DNA from: a virus
Length of the DNA stretch: 64,000 nt
Direction: 5' to 3' (one strand)
Virus record (IMG/VR): IMGVR_UViG_3300043436_001797
Span: 1 to 64,000 of that record
The notes beneath the pieces were generated by a model. That model saw only the letters and a program-made list of their open reading frames with translations, ran no database searches and was not told where the DNA came from. How positions within the stretch are numbered: position 1 is the first letter of the stretch; the number at the start of each line of letters is the position of its first letter. Made by a program: the position numbers and the translations under genes. Positions 47,250 to 60,100 of this stretch are shown here, piece after piece.

Positions 47250-47923
47250 TGACTACAATAGGAGAGAGCATATCAAGGGTTAGAAACTTGGTAAAAGCAG
47301 CAAAGCAGGATGCTTTTATGACTGATAGATTTATCTACAGTCTTATTGTAAAGTATGCTAAGTTGTTGATTAAGAGACAAGACGCTCTTAATGTAAGACT
47401 TAAGTTCGCAAGTCTTTTTAGAACTCTCCCTTGTGTAGAGTTAATTGAGACCGACAGAGTTGAAGCTTGTTGCGGAAGCTTACCTGACACTTGTAAGGTA
47501 ATGCGCACTAAGGAAAAGATTCCAGTACCTTTTGAGGGAGCTTATGGTGCTTTTATTAGAACGGTCTCATCTATAGACGGATCAGTTGAGGTTTACAGAA
47601 CTCAACCCGCTCAATTTACATCTATGACTAAGACTACTGCTTTTAAGTACAACAAGCAGAAGTACTACTGGTATATGAATGGTTATTTATATCTACCGAA
47701 CATTGAGTGGGAAAGCATTTTGCTAGAAGGGATATTTGAACAAGACATTGCAATATTTACATGTGCTGCTGACGGTATTTGTAAAATACGCCAGAATGAT
47801 ATCTTAGGTATTCCTGATGACTTGTTTGCTGAGATTGAGCAACAGGTTATGTCGCAGTTGTTGGGTACTGCACAACTTCCAACGGATATTAATATTTCTG
47901 ATAAACAAAACGTTCTAAGATAA
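47249..47923 (+). CDS. Tail ring protein
   Basis: TDRFI..R..LPCVEL..YLY..EGIFE pattern; gene order. Confidence 0.6.
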   Translation: MTTIGESISRVRNLVKAAKQDAFMTDRFIYSLIVKYAKLLIKRQDALNVRLKFASLFRTLPCVELIETDRVEACCGSLPDTCKVMRTKEKIPVPFEGAYGAFIRTVSSIDGSVEVYRTQPAQFTSMTKTTAFKYNKQKYYWYMNGYLYLPNIEWESILLEGIFEQDIAIFTCAADGICKIRQNDILGIPDDLFAEIEQQVMSQLLGTAQLPTDINISDKQNVLR

Positions 47924-48837
47924 TGGATTACAACTACACCCTGAAATACAGGACCTTTGATTCTCTTCTTGAGGATGTTAAGATGGATCTTAGAAACTTG
48001 TCAGCTGATACAAGTATTGAACCCGGACAACTTATCAAAGTAGCGCGTAAGTGTAACTACGATTTGGGTCTTCGTATTCAAAGAAGTAGAGAGACTGTTC
48101 TTGAGATAGAAAAAGGTAAAGCTCGTCTACCTGAAGATTTTCAGGTAATGAACTTTGCTCTTATGTGCGGTAACTATGTTGTAGTAGAAGTTCCCCCACA
48201 GGGAACTAACGTTCAAGAAGTCACTCCAGGATATAGACCTTGGATAGATGCTAACCTTTGTTCTGATGTAAATGGAACGTGTCCGGAAACAACTTGTATG
48301 ACTGAATGCAATCAGTCGTATAAGCTTATCCAGATGGTAAACTCAGTACGTAGAGAATATACTACTTTCTCTCCTATCACTTTTAGAAGCTCTCAGTTTA
48401 TAGATGTTGATTGTCCAAACACCTGTTCACCTCGTTGGCAGAACAGAGATGAAGCGTACATCAAAGATGGTTGGGTGTTTACAAACTTTACTGACGGACA
48501 TGTGTACATTAACTATCAAGCAGATATGGTTGATGATGAAGGTAATCTTATAGTACCAGATCATCCCATGTTGAATGAATACTATGAATATTCTTTGAAG
48601 AAGAGAATACTAGAAAACCTTGTAATGGATAATGTAAACGTTACAGGTCAATATCAACTTGTATCTGCTGAACATAGAGTTGCTAGAAACGCAGCGTTTA
48701 GTATTGTGAATACTCCTAACTTCTCTGAGATGATGAAGGTGTGGGCGATGAACAGAAAAGCAATGTACTCTAAGTACTACAATATGTTTAAGAGCTACTA
48801 CTACCCTCTTAATTTACGAGTTAATAACGCTATTTAA
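47923..48837 (+). CDS. Tail tubular/adaptor ring protein
   Basis: LEIEKGKARLPEDF..TNF.DG.VYINY..DDEG..VPD; immediately before the muzzle gene. Confidence 0.65.
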   Translation: MDYNYTLKYRTFDSLLEDVKMDLRNLSADTSIEPGQLIKVARKCNYDLGLRIQRSRETVLEIEKGKARLPEDFQVMNFALMCGNYVVVEVPPQGTNVQEVTPGYRPWIDANLCSDVNGTCPETTCMTECNQSYKLIQMVNSVRREYTTFSPITFRSSQFIDVDCPNTCSPRWQNRDEAYIKDGWVFTNFTDGHVYINYQADMVDDEGNLIVPDHPMLNEYYEYSLKKRILENLVMDNVNVTGQYQLVSAEHRVARNAAFSIVNTPNFSEMMKVWAMNRKAMYSKYYNMFKSYYYPLNLRVNNAI

Positions 48838-48839
48838 TT

Positions 48840-51800
48840 ATGGCAAAGAAACAAGGTAATACTCCAGAATCTGGAATCAGTTCTAACTCAGGATCTTTTA
48901 CCAAAGGTCTTGTAAGAGACTTTGATGAAAACTTTGATCCCGAAAGTTCATGGCCATACGCACGTAACGCTTCAAACAATTCTAAAGAAGGTGATGTTGG
49001 TGTCTTAGGTAATGAACCATCAAACTCTGCATGCGGAGTTGCTCCCTACACAGTTATTGGTAGAATATTTTTATTCAATGCTTACTGGGCAATATTTTCT
49101 ACCGATGATAGCAACTCTGAAATAGGTGTGTATGATGAGTCCCTCTGTCAATATAGAACTGTAGTTAACCAAAAATGTCTAAACTTTAGGAAACTAAATC
49201 TAGTAACAGGGGTAGCTAAAGAAAACTTTGATTGTCAGTGGGCGGTTTATTTTGCTGATGGTAGAAATCCAGACAGATATATAAACATAGGTAACCCCGC
49301 ACTGTGGCCAGATACACCATACCTTGGTAATAACTATTATCAAAATAATGTACTGTGGCCAGGTGTACAGTGGATACAAGACTGTCAAATTATAAACAGT
49401 TGTACAATATGTGAAAATACCAACAGTTTAGATTGTGAAGAAATCAGAATCAATAAACTTGTTAATACCCCTTGTGTTAAAGTTAGCGCTAAAGAAGGTG
49501 GCGGTAACCTAGCTAATGGTTCTTATGTTGCTTTTATAGCATACTTAGAAAATGGTCAGAAGTATGGAGACTATACATCACCCTCTAACGTACAACCTAT
49601 ATTTGATCACGACAATCTTGGTGGTTCAATTACTGTAGAAGTATCTAATCTTGAAAATAAGTCTTTTACTGAGTTTGAACTAGTTATTGCTGCGACAGTA
49701 AATGGGCAAACTGTAGCAAGAAGAATAGGTCAATATGCTTGTTCCGATGGACCTGTATTGGTATATCTTGATAGTATAAACGACTCGTTACCTACGGTAC
49801 CTCTTGAGTTACTTCCTATAAGATCACCATTGTATGAAACATCAGATTCTATTTTTGAAACTGGAAGCTACCTTCTTAAAATAGGTCCTCGTACAACTTT
49901 TGATTTTAACTATCAACCACTGGCAAATCAAATTGAAGCTAAGTGGGCAATTGTAAGATATCCGTCAGATTATTACAAGAGTGTAGGTAGCAACACAGGT
50001 TATATGCGTGATGAGGTATATTCATTTTTTATAAGATGGATTTACGCAACAGGAGAAAAATCTAAGTCATATCATATTCCTGGAAAGATTGGAGATAGTA
50101 AGGATACTACACAATCTATAGGTATATACTCAGCAGAACTAGAATACGGTTTTGAAAAAGAAAATACAGCTACTATAACTAGTACGACTACATATTCTTT
50201 ATCAGATGGTGGTGTTGTAATAGCTGAAGGTACAATGGGTTACTGGCAATCTTCTGAAAAGTATCCAGATAGAAATCCTGAGGTTTGGAATTCTAGTTAT
50301 GATCCTAGAATATCAGGTACAAGTCAAACTACATGGGATCTTTGTAACCAACCTATCCGACATCATAAGATGCCGGAAGATGTTATTTCTAATGATTTAA
50401 AATATACAAGAGCTGTTATTTTAGATTCTGCTGGTAATATTGTTCCATCACCTAAGTACACTGGAGCTACTCACATTCAGATAGTTGGTGTAAAGTTTTC
50501 AAACATTAAACCTCCTGTTTATATAGACGATGATGGAAATACTAAGGTTATTCCTGGTATTGTTGGTTATGAGATTCTTCGTGGATCACGAACAGGAAAC
50601 AAGTCCATTATAGCAAAGGGTATTATAAACAATATGCGGAGCTATACTGATATTGATGATACAGAAGGTCTTTATGCAAACTATCCGTTTAATCCTGTAA
50701 AGGATATAAGTGGAACAATTGATCCTACACTATCAATTACTCCGGTTAATGGTAATGGTAGTAATTACACCCCTGTAACAGAATCACATGTAAAGAAAAA
50801 CTTTTTAACCTTTCATTCTCCGGACACTAGTTTCTATAAACCTTTCTTAGCTGTAAAAGAATTAAAACTTTATACAGAGTTAGGAAATCCTGGTAATGCA
50901 AAAGGAACATTTGAACCAGTACCCGGACATCCCAAGGAAAAACTTTTAAGCAATGTTTCATCTACAACAGCAATGATACTTGGTATAGCTGAAGCAATCT
51001 TTGCAATGAAAGGTGAAGAAGGATGGGAAGGAGAAGAATCAAGATCACTTAATATAGGTCTTGGTGGTACGATGGTTATGCCAACCCCAGGAGGAGTCTT
51101 TGGTGCACCTAGTTTGATGTATCCAACTTTCGGTGTACCTGGTGGTAATGTGTATGAAGGACTTAAACAAGCACAGGTGCTTGGACAAACAGGTCTCAGT
51201 GCATCAGCTCAAGGATTGACAGGTGGTTTAATGTCATTAGGTGGAGCGGGTATGGTGACAGGTAATAATGCTCAGTTATTTTACATGGGCGATAAACTTG
51301 CATCAAATGGGTACGCACTTGCAGGGGGATATATGGGACCTACAAGAAGAAGAATGCACAAAGAAGGTGTTATGTCAGGTCTTCCACTTATAGCAAATAT
51401 TTTTGCGGTTGTTCCTACATTGTATACACTAGCTACAAACGCAGCATCTAAAACAATTGACCTAATATATGCTTTTGTAAAAGCTCGTAGTTATGTCTAT
51501 AGATTTATTTCCCACGGGTTTTTACATAAAGACAATTTACCGCCAGCATCCAGAAGGCATTATATAAATGATGTCGCATATTTAAATGAAGGTTTTAATA
51601 TGTTTGGTGGGTATAAGATCAATAATATTAACAGATTTAAAACTACAGTATTAACTACCGCAAATGATGTGGCGTTACCTAACATTGTAGATAATACAGG
51701 TGTAAGCATTAGCAGAAATGTAAGTTCTAATGTTACAGCTGCTACAATGGATCCATCGCTTACAGGGAAACCGGCTAGTGCTCCTGTAGCAGAACTTATA

Positions 51801-54101
51801 AAAACTATATCTATAACAGCATCTTGTTTTTATGCTGGTTTAAAAATTAGATTTAGAAACCAATACGGACAATTAGATCAGATTAGACAAATACCTTTAC
51901 CATGTCCGCATATTGTTAATAACAATAAACCTATTCCGGATTCTGCTATTGATGCTCCAGTAGGGTCCACTGTTACTATATTTAATGCTAATTACTCAAC
52001 TGATGTTTTATTTGGAGGTGACACATATATAGGCAGATACACAGAAAAGAATACTTTCTTTTATTTCTATGATTGGTTATATGGTCAACCTGATGAAACC
52101 CCATTTAATTATAGGGCTAAGTACTTGGGTTTATATCCTCGTTACTTTGCAGACTTTAGTAGATATGATATAGATGGGTTAATACCCACAATGCTGCAAA
52201 AGTTTAATCAACCTAATACATGGGATACACCCGCTAATCAAGTTAACTTAGAACAGGAATCTACACCCGTAGGTTTACTAGGATTAGTACGTATGGCTTT
52301 TAATAATGTATTACCTAATTTAATTGGTAATGCAGATGATAATAGTTATAGCAGCGGCGATAATAAATTTTCATTTTCTATAAGAAGAGGTTTCATGTAT
52401 CTCTTTAGCTCAGGTGTAAGGGATTTCTTTGTAGAATCTGATATTAACGTAGACCAAAGAGACTGGGGTGAACTTGATGAACAAAAACACTTTGAGGTTC
52501 TTTCTGACCTTAAAACATTGTTTGATACTAGAATTATTAGATTTGGTAACTACTACAAGATTGACCCATCTATTTCAGTATCAAAGCTTTACTACAGTGT
52601 AGTATCTTGGGGTAACATGCAAGATAGAGACTATAATCCTATGGTATCTGCTCTATGTTATAAGTACTTACCTAACAGAGTTATCTACTCGTTACCTACA
52701 GTTCTTGAAGGAAAGAAAGATGGTTGGAGAATATTCTTACCAAACAACTATAGAGACTTTAAGTCTAAGGTTACTGCTATTAGACCTATAGGTAAGAACG
52801 GAGCATTGATGCTCTTTGATAGAGATAGTCCCGTACAGATTCAGGGTACCGAAACTCTTGAGTCTGATATGGGAACTAAGATTACAGTAGGTGATGGTGC
52901 ACTGTTTAATAAACCGTTACAAGCACTTACAAACACAGACCAATCTTATGAGTATGGATCTTGTCAAGATAAGTTTTCAATTCTAAATACACCAGCAGGT
53001 ATCTACTGGGTATCTCAGTCTCTCGGAAAAATATTTTCAATAGGAAGCGGACTAGAAGAGATATCTGCTTCTGGTATGCGTTGGTGGTTTAGTAAGTTTT
53101 TACCTTACAGAATACTAGAGGATTTTCCAAACTTTGAAGCTACAGATAATCCGGTAATTGGTGTAGGTTGTCAAGCTGTTTATGATAACGACTTCTTGAT
53201 GATTTACTTTACTAAGAAGGACTATGAGCTTAGAAAAGATTTACCTGCGGGAATCAGTCTTACATATGTTGGTGGTGTAGATTTTATCTTGAACACAGGT
53301 GGTTCTTCGGGATCTTCTGGAGATAAAAATAATACAAGACCTAATGCTGCTAAAATTAAGTTAGGAGATCCTAATTACTTTAACGATGTATCATGGACAA
53401 TATCATATGACCCTAAGTCAAAAGCTTGGATCTCTTTCCACGATTGGCATCCGACAATGATGATCCCTAGTAACCAGAACTTTATAACTATTAATGATAA
53501 TACTTTCTGGAGACATAATAGTCGCACTGATAGTTTCTGTAACTATTATGGGGTTGATTATCCATTCCAGGTAGAGTATGTGGTAGATACAGGACAGACA
53601 GTAAATACTTTAAAGAGTATAGAATACTTACTTGAGTCATATGTATACGATATAGATGGTATTGATAGATTCCAGCTTTTAGACTTTAACTTTGATGAAC
53701 TTATTGTATATAACTCTGAACAAGTTTCTGGACAACTTAATCTCAATATGGCACCTAAGGATAATCCTTTTGCTAGATTGAATTATCCTGCTGTAACTGG
53801 TGCGGGGATAAATATTATGTACGAGAAAGTAGAGCAGAAGTTTAGAGTAAATCAGTTCTGGGACGTTACTGCAAATAGAGGCGAGTATGATGTAAATATT
53901 CAAAGACCGATTTGGTTAACTGGATGGGATGGATATAAGCGATCTTTGAATCCTGCTAACTTGAATTATGCTAAGTCAGTATTTGAAAGAAAGAAGTTTA
54001 GACATTACTACAACAACGTTCTGTTTACCAGAAAGGTTTCGGGTAATGCTAAAATGCTAATGAAGATATCTAACAACAAAAACTTGCTGTCACCGCGATG
54101 A
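48840..54101 (+). CDS. Tail stabilisation/muzzle protein (P22 gp10-like)
   Basis: 1753 aa; F.KGL.RD..ARN..G..GNE, YMRDEVYSF, NQYG, FGGDTYI, WTISY..WISFHDW. Confidence 0.75.
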   Translation: MAKKQGNTPESGISSNSGSFTKGLVRDFDENFDPESSWPYARNASNNSKEGDVGVLGNEPSNSACGVAPYTVIGRIFLFNAYWAIFSTDDSNSEIGVYDESLCQYRTVVNQKCLNFRKLNLVTGVAKENFDCQWAVYFADGRNPDRYINIGNPALWPDTPYLGNNYYQNNVLWPGVQWIQDCQIINSCTICENTNSLDCEEIRINKLVNTPCVKVSAKEGGGNLANGSYVAFIAYLENGQKYGDYTSPSNVQPIFDHDNLGGSITVEVSNLENKSFTEFELVIAATVNGQTVARRIGQYACSDGPVLVYLDSINDSLPTVPLELLPIRSPLYETSDSIFETGSYLLKIGPRTTFDFNYQPLANQIEAKWAIVRYPSDYYKSVGSNTGYMRDEVYSFFIRWIYATGEKSKSYHIPGKIGDSKDTTQSIGIYSAELEYGFEKENTATITSTTTYSLSDGGVVIAEGTMGYWQSSEKYPDRNPEVWNSSYDPRISGTSQTTWDLCNQPIRHHKMPEDVISNDLKYTRAVILDSAGNIVPSPKYTGATHIQIVGVKFSNIKPPVYIDDDGNTKVIPGIVGYEILRGSRTGNKSIIAKGIINNMRSYTDIDDTEGLYANYPFNPVKDISGTIDPTLSITPVNGNGSNYTPVTESHVKKNFLTFHSPDTSFYKPFLAVKELKLYTELGNPGNAKGTFEPVPGHPKEKLLSNVSSTTAMILGIAEAIFAMKGEEGWEGEESRSLNIGLGGTMVMPTPGGVFGAPSLMYPTFGVPGGNVYEGLKQAQVLGQTGLSASAQGLTGGLMSLGGAGMVTGNNAQLFYMGDKLASNGYALAGGYMGPTRRRMHKEGVMSGLPLIANIFAVVPTLYTLATNAASKTIDLIYAFVKARSYVYRFISHGFLHKDNLPPASRRHYINDVAYLNEGFNMFGGYKINNINRFKTTVLTTANDVALPNIVDNTGVSISRNVSSNVTAATMDPSLTGKPASAPVAELIKTISITASCFYAGLKIRFRNQYGQLDQIRQIPLPCPHIVNNNKPIPDSAIDAPVGSTVTIFNANYSTDVLFGGDTYIGRYTEKNTFFYFYDWLYGQPDETPFNYRAKYLGLYPRYFADFSRYDIDGLIPTMLQKFNQPNTWDTPANQVNLEQESTPVGLLGLVRMAFNNVLPNLIGNADDNSYSSGDNKFSFSIRRGFMYLFSSGVRDFFVESDINVDQRDWGELDEQKHFEVLSDLKTLFDTRIIRFGNYYKIDPSISVSKLYYSVVSWGNMQDRDYNPMVSALCYKYLPNRVIYSLPTVLEGKKDGWRIFLPNNYRDFKSKVTAIRPIGKNGALMLFDRDSPVQIQGTETLESDMGTKITVGDGALFNKPLQALTNTDQSYEYGSCQDKFSILNTPAGIYWVSQSLGKIFSIGSGLEEISASGMRWWFSKFLPYRILEDFPNFEATDNPVIGVGCQAVYDNDFLMIYFTKKDYELRKDLPAGISLTYVGGVDFILNTGGSSGSSGDKNNTRPNAAKIKLGDPNYFNDVSWTISYDPKSKAWISFHDWHPTMMIPSNQNFITINDNTFWRHNSRTDSFCNYYGVDYPFQVEYVVDTGQTVNTLKSIEYLLESYVYDIDGIDRFQLLDFNFDELIVYNSEQVSGQLNLNMAPKDNPFARLNYPAVTGAGINIMYEKVEQKFRVNQFWDVTANRGEYDVNIQRPIWLTGWDGYKRSLNPANLNYAKSVFERKKFRHYYNNVLFTRKVSGNAKMLMKISNNKNLLSPR

Positions 54102-57100
54102 AAGTTTCTAAGACAGGTTATAAGAAAAACTCTAAGGATAAGAACGAACCATCATTGCTTATCCCCTCTAATAGAATTACTATGAAGGGTGTAGAGTTTC
54201 CCGTGTACGGAATAGATGATACAGGATACTCTCAAATGATGTATCCTGGTTTAGATTACTCGTTTCCAGGTAGTTATGTTTATGAACTTCCTATGGCAAA
54301 AGAAGGTGGATACATACTTCCGGGTAGATATAAAAATCCAGAAGGTAACTGGTTGAATAAATATCAGTCAGATAAAAAATCAGGTCAGGTAAAAAATTAC
54401 TGGACATGGAATCCTAAAGCTACTTCCGAAAGAGATAGTATTCAAAATATTGCCGGCAATATATTAAACTATGAAATTCTAAGAGGTGGTCCAGGGGGTA
54501 GCCCGCTCACTTACTACAGTGATCCTGAGTATATGAATACCTTGATGAATGATATATATCCGCAAGTTAAAAAAATGATGCCTAATGCTACTCCCGTAGA
54601 AATGGGGGAAGCTATGGATCTTATTTTTAATAGTGGTTGGGATAAGAGCAATAAAAAAATATTAGTAGATCCTAGAGCATATGCTATACAAGAATACTAT
54701 AGAGTACATGATAAATCCAAACTAGATAAAGAAGGAAACTGGGCAGGTAGAAAAGCTACCCCCGGTACATTTGATAGTGAGTATGCTAACACTGTTGGTA
54801 AACTTTCTGAAAATGAAAGAAGGATTATGATGAATAAAGGGAGAGACTGGTTTTATCAACATAGAGCTCCTAAAGGATCAACCTGGGATTTAAAAACGCA
54901 AGGTGCTTATCCAGACTATGGAGCTACCTGGTATGGAAGAATATGGAATACTAATGATTACGCTCCATTTAATCCGAATAATCCTAAATTTATTTATCCG
55001 TATAAAACAGGCGGTGAAAAATGGTTAGATAAGTATCAAGGTAAAACTAGCGCTAGTGAGGTAAGTTCTTTAAAAGAAGAATCATATAGAACACCTTGGT
55101 GGAATCCTGAAAATTCATCTGAATGGAATCCAGCATGGACATCAGATCCAATTAGACAGAATGCACAAGCAGAGTTTCCGGGTACATATGTATTACCTAC
55201 TGTAGAGATTACAGATGAAAAACCGCAAAGGTTTAAAGATCAAGAAACTGCTGCCGTAGTTAGACAAGTTCTTCCAGATAGAACTATCTTATCAGCATCA
55301 GATGATCCAGAGAAAACATATGAGGATTTTATAAATAGTTCTCGTAACTATCGCAATGCAAAATTAAATGATACTCTAATAGATATAACTGATAAACCAA
55401 TGGGATGGTTTACTTTTAATACAATCCCAGGAGAGAAATACACAGATATATTAGGAAATAACTATATAGAAGTAAATAGGGGTGGAACAGGTAAACCAGA
55501 AGACTATGCTAAAAACTGGAAAACCAGAATGCAGGATCCTAAAGATACTTTTAGAAATAGTGATTATGCTGAAGACGCTGGAAGTTATTACCATAGTAAA
55601 GATATTCCAGCATTCTATGGTATAGAAAATAATAAGTTTAAAGTTGGAAACCCTGGAGATTTTAAAGATGATACAGTAATTGTTCCAGTAAGAAATAGCA
55701 CAACTCCATATAGTAAAGTCGAAGTTGAAAAAGGACTGTTTAAAGATAATTTATATACATATGATAAAGACGGAAATAAAATATGGAACTTACGGAATAA
55801 ACAAAAGTTTTTAGTACATTCTCCGGTAACAAATAGAACAATCTTTATATCTAAGGACAGTTACGAAAATCAAAATTCCAAAGAAAGTTATGCCACAACA
55901 AAAAAATCACTAGATGATTTTTCAAAAAATAATCCAGATGCTTATATCATATCTCTAGATGAAGGTAGATTTCGTGCCTACATGAATTCACCAGAAGGTT
56001 TAGATGATGAAAGTTTTAAGACCTGGAATGCATTTTCTGGTACAGTACTACATAATTATTTAGAAGGACTCGGTAAGGAAGCAGTAGATCATGGTCCCGG
56101 TACATCGGGTTCTCCTTTATATTCTCCTGTAGGTGATGAAAGATATGGATATAATCTAGGTATTCTAAAACAAAAACATGGAGGATGGCTAGATAAATAT
56201 CAATCTAAGACTACATCTGGTTCTGTTTCTAAATCTGGTCCAAGAATTGAAAACTTACCGCTTCAGAAGGTTGATAACAAACTAGAAATAGCATACGATG
56301 GAAGCACGGTATACCTACGTAAAATAGGTGAAGATAAGTTTACTACACTTAGTCCAGAAAAGTCTAAAGCTTTTATTCAGAAGTATCAAGAGCATATACC
56401 ACCTAGTTATTCTAAGGTTGAAGAACAGAAGAAAAAGCAAGCAGCTTATAATGCAAAGGTAGCTGCTGAAAAGAAAGAGATGGATGAGCTTCTTAAGTAC
56501 ACTCCATTAAAACTTACTAAAGAAGAAAAGGATAGAGTTCTAAAAGAGTCTAAAGATGCGCGAGCTGAACTAGCTGAGAAGAGTTGGTTAGACACAGCAT
56601 GGGATGCTACTAAAAGTGCATATGAATCTTTACCAGATGTTTCAGATTTTACTAACGCGGTTAAAGGTGCATATGAGTCTTTGCCTGATGCAGAAAATGT
56701 AATTAAGTTGATGAATTTATCAAACGAGGCAACAAAACTAGCAGCAGCTTATGCTTGGAATTATAAGATACCTGAAAATGATATACCTGGTTTAAGAAGT
56801 TTCGGTGAGCTTTCACCAAAAGAAATATATCAAAGTTTTGAAAATAGATTTATAGAAAAAAACTTTGGTGAGGATACACCAACAGGTGAGTCAAATATTG
56901 AAGAGCTTAATCTGATGTCAGAAGAAGATGTAACTTCTGGAACTTCAGATATGGAACAGTTAAATAAAAGTAGAGCTAAGTACGGACCACAGCGATTACC
57001 CGCAAGAAGAGATTCTAGAGGTAATATGTTACCATCATATCAACCTATTGGTGGAAATGATTCACTAGCTAGATTTAGCTACACATTTAACAATGATATT

Positions 57101-60100
57101 CTAGGTGCTGATACTTTACCTCCTACTCACTTTGTTACACCTAAAGTAAAAGAACTTACAGGAAATCCATCTAGACCAAGAAAATGGGAGAACGCATTTG
57201 CTGTAGGTGATTTCTTGAGAGATGCTGATATAACTGAAAATCAGTTTTATCACCCAGATAAATATTATGTGGGTACTTCTCTTAGCGCACTTCGTAATAG
57301 TGACCTAGGTATAAAAAGCAATAAACTCATAAGCGCTAGTAATCAACTACTTAATGATCCTGAAAAATACTGGGCGGTGTATAAATGGGATCCTGAAAAT
57401 CCTGCAGCAGCATGGGTTAGGTATATGAAAACTAATGAGATTAAGTCTAAGAAAGATCAGTTAGAAAAACAAGGATGGCATCTTGATATGCCTGTATCAG
57501 GTCAACATAGATTTGATGATGTTGATTGGGAAGGCAAAGGTTCAGACACAGGTTATAAAGCAGATTCAGAATGGGTACCGCTTAAAAAAGGTGCTAAAAA
57601 CATAAAGAGTCAAAAAGACGTAAATCATACTTATATACCACAGGGAACTAAAAAAGGTCAAGATAAAACATCCTATAATTTATTCTCTGGTGGATCTATA
57701 ACTTTTGTATGGACTGATCCTGAGACTAATGAAAAACTTGCGTCAACAGTAGCCGGTTCAGTTTCTGACATGAAACAGTATGGTGAAAAACTTAAAAAAG
57801 ATTATGGATTAAAAGAAGGTGATCTTGATATCATATACCATGATACAGGATCCTACTCCGCTAAACCAGCAGCTAAAAATGGTACATTATACTACGATCA
57901 ATGGAAAGACTTTAACGCATATAACAAAGGCTATTCCGGCGCAGCACTGATAGTACCTACACAAAATTGGTTAGAGAACTGGACACCTAATAAAAAAGAA
58001 GGAGGACAATTAGATAAGTACCAATCTGAGAATACAGGTGCTATAAAAAAAGGATGGCATCAAAAAGTTTATAATGATCCTATTGCATTTGCAAAAGCTA
58101 ATAAAGCTTTTAACGATAGTCTTAATCTTAGCAAAAGAAGTTACGAGCTTCTTAAGGATATAGCTCCTAACAGCTCATATAAAAGTAATATTCCCTATGA
58201 AGATGTACATTGGACAGCTGATGGACCAGGTGGTTATTTTATAGATAATGTTGACTTTGGTAGGCAGTTTTTAGGTTTAAATTACTTAACCGATACTAAT
58301 TTTAGAATACCTGGTACAAAAGAGCAACTTATCTTAGAAGAAGCTTTTTCAAAAAGAATAAAACCAATAGGTTTTAATACAACTGACGTTCCAGTACCTA
58401 TTTATAAACTACCAACTGAAGAACCTGTGTATGAAGAACTTAAAAACTTACCTTATCTAGATGCAAAATTGGAGCGTCCTGATTTTAACTTAGATATAGG
58501 TAAACCACCGGTAAAGTCTCAGGGTATTAGAATTAGACCTATGATGACTGCTGATCAAGCTACTAGTACTGGTCAGTATCAATCCGGTAAGTATATGTGG
58601 GATCCAGAAACAAAATCCTGGAAAGTCAAAATGCTAAGTCCTGAAACTCAACAAGAAAACAGAAAAGAGGTTAGAATAGGGATTAAAAAAAATGGTGGAT
58701 GGCTAGATAAATACCAAGATGGTAAAGAAGTAAATAAACCTGTTAGCGCAACATGGTCGGATGAGTTTGGTACTTACATGCTTCCCGAAGTAACTGTAAA
58801 ACCATCCATTAGTCCTGAAGCAACTCGAGCAATACTGAATAGAGAAGCGGGTATGTCTATTTCGCCTGCTCCGTCTGCGGTTGATAGAAGAGTAGCACAA
58901 ACTCAGTACATGTTATCTAACCCACTTGATGCGCTTGGTCATTACTCTAGATATGGTTATGTTCCGCAAGGAAACCTGGGTAACTATGGTATGAGAGAAA
59001 AATCAAGTCCTGTTGGTCAATTACTAATGGACTTCAATCCATACAACTGGGCAAACGCTGCATACAGAGCTGCTATAAGAGGTGGGGATCCTGATACGTA
59101 TACAACAGTTCCTGGTGCTATTAATATGGGTGCAGATTTAGCTGAAGCACTTCCTGTTATTTCTGAACTAGGTCCTTTGCTTAAAGGTGCTAAATCTGCG
59201 ACAGGTGAAGCAGGTAAATATCTTACAGCAAAAACTCCTTTAAAGTATACATACAGATTAAATCCCGAGGCTAGAGGTAGTGTATTCAAACCCTGGGATA
59301 ACAGCATGGGATACCGTGTGGTTAATCAAGAAGGTTATGATGATGCCGTAAAAAGTTTTCTGGTAAGATCAAATCCAAAAGGAGATAATACATTATTTTC
59401 AAGACCTACAGGTTTTCCTTCTTTTGCTAAAGGAAAACCTAGCAAGAACTTTTTTAAGACGGATAATACACCTCATTATATAATGGAAACAGATATTCCA
59501 CTGTATGCAAGAGGGGAAGCAAATCCAGTTACAGGGATACCGATTAAAAGTAGTCATGGAGCAGCAAGACCTATTGATCCTATAACCGGTGAAACCCTAA
59601 CTTCATTTCCAATAGAGGATCTAAACGCTATATATAGCGCACAACCCCATTGGTTAAAAGGTTATCAGCGTGTTTGGCAATCACCTAAAAATATTCAAGA
59701 ATTAGGTAATTTAACATTAGGAAAAAACATTGCTACATCGGGAGCCTTTAATAGAGGTGTCTATGAGTTGCCAGATTATCCTGGATATTTGTTAAAATAT
59801 GAAGATACGGATTTAGTTAGAAATATGGCTTTGCGTGATATTGATGATCTAAATTTTGCCGATCTTCAAATGAATCTAAACTCTTCAAATGTAGGAAAAG
59901 TAATCAAACACTTTAAAAAACAAACTCATCCTATTGATCCAATGCTTGCAGGTAGAGATATGGAAGGATATCTGCTGCGCAGGATGCAAGGTAAACCACT
60001 AGCTACACTACAATTAGATAGATTAAAAGATATTCCAGAAAGTGCTTTTATTCAGTATGCAAAAGATTATGATAATTTAGTTCAACAGAAACTAGCAATG

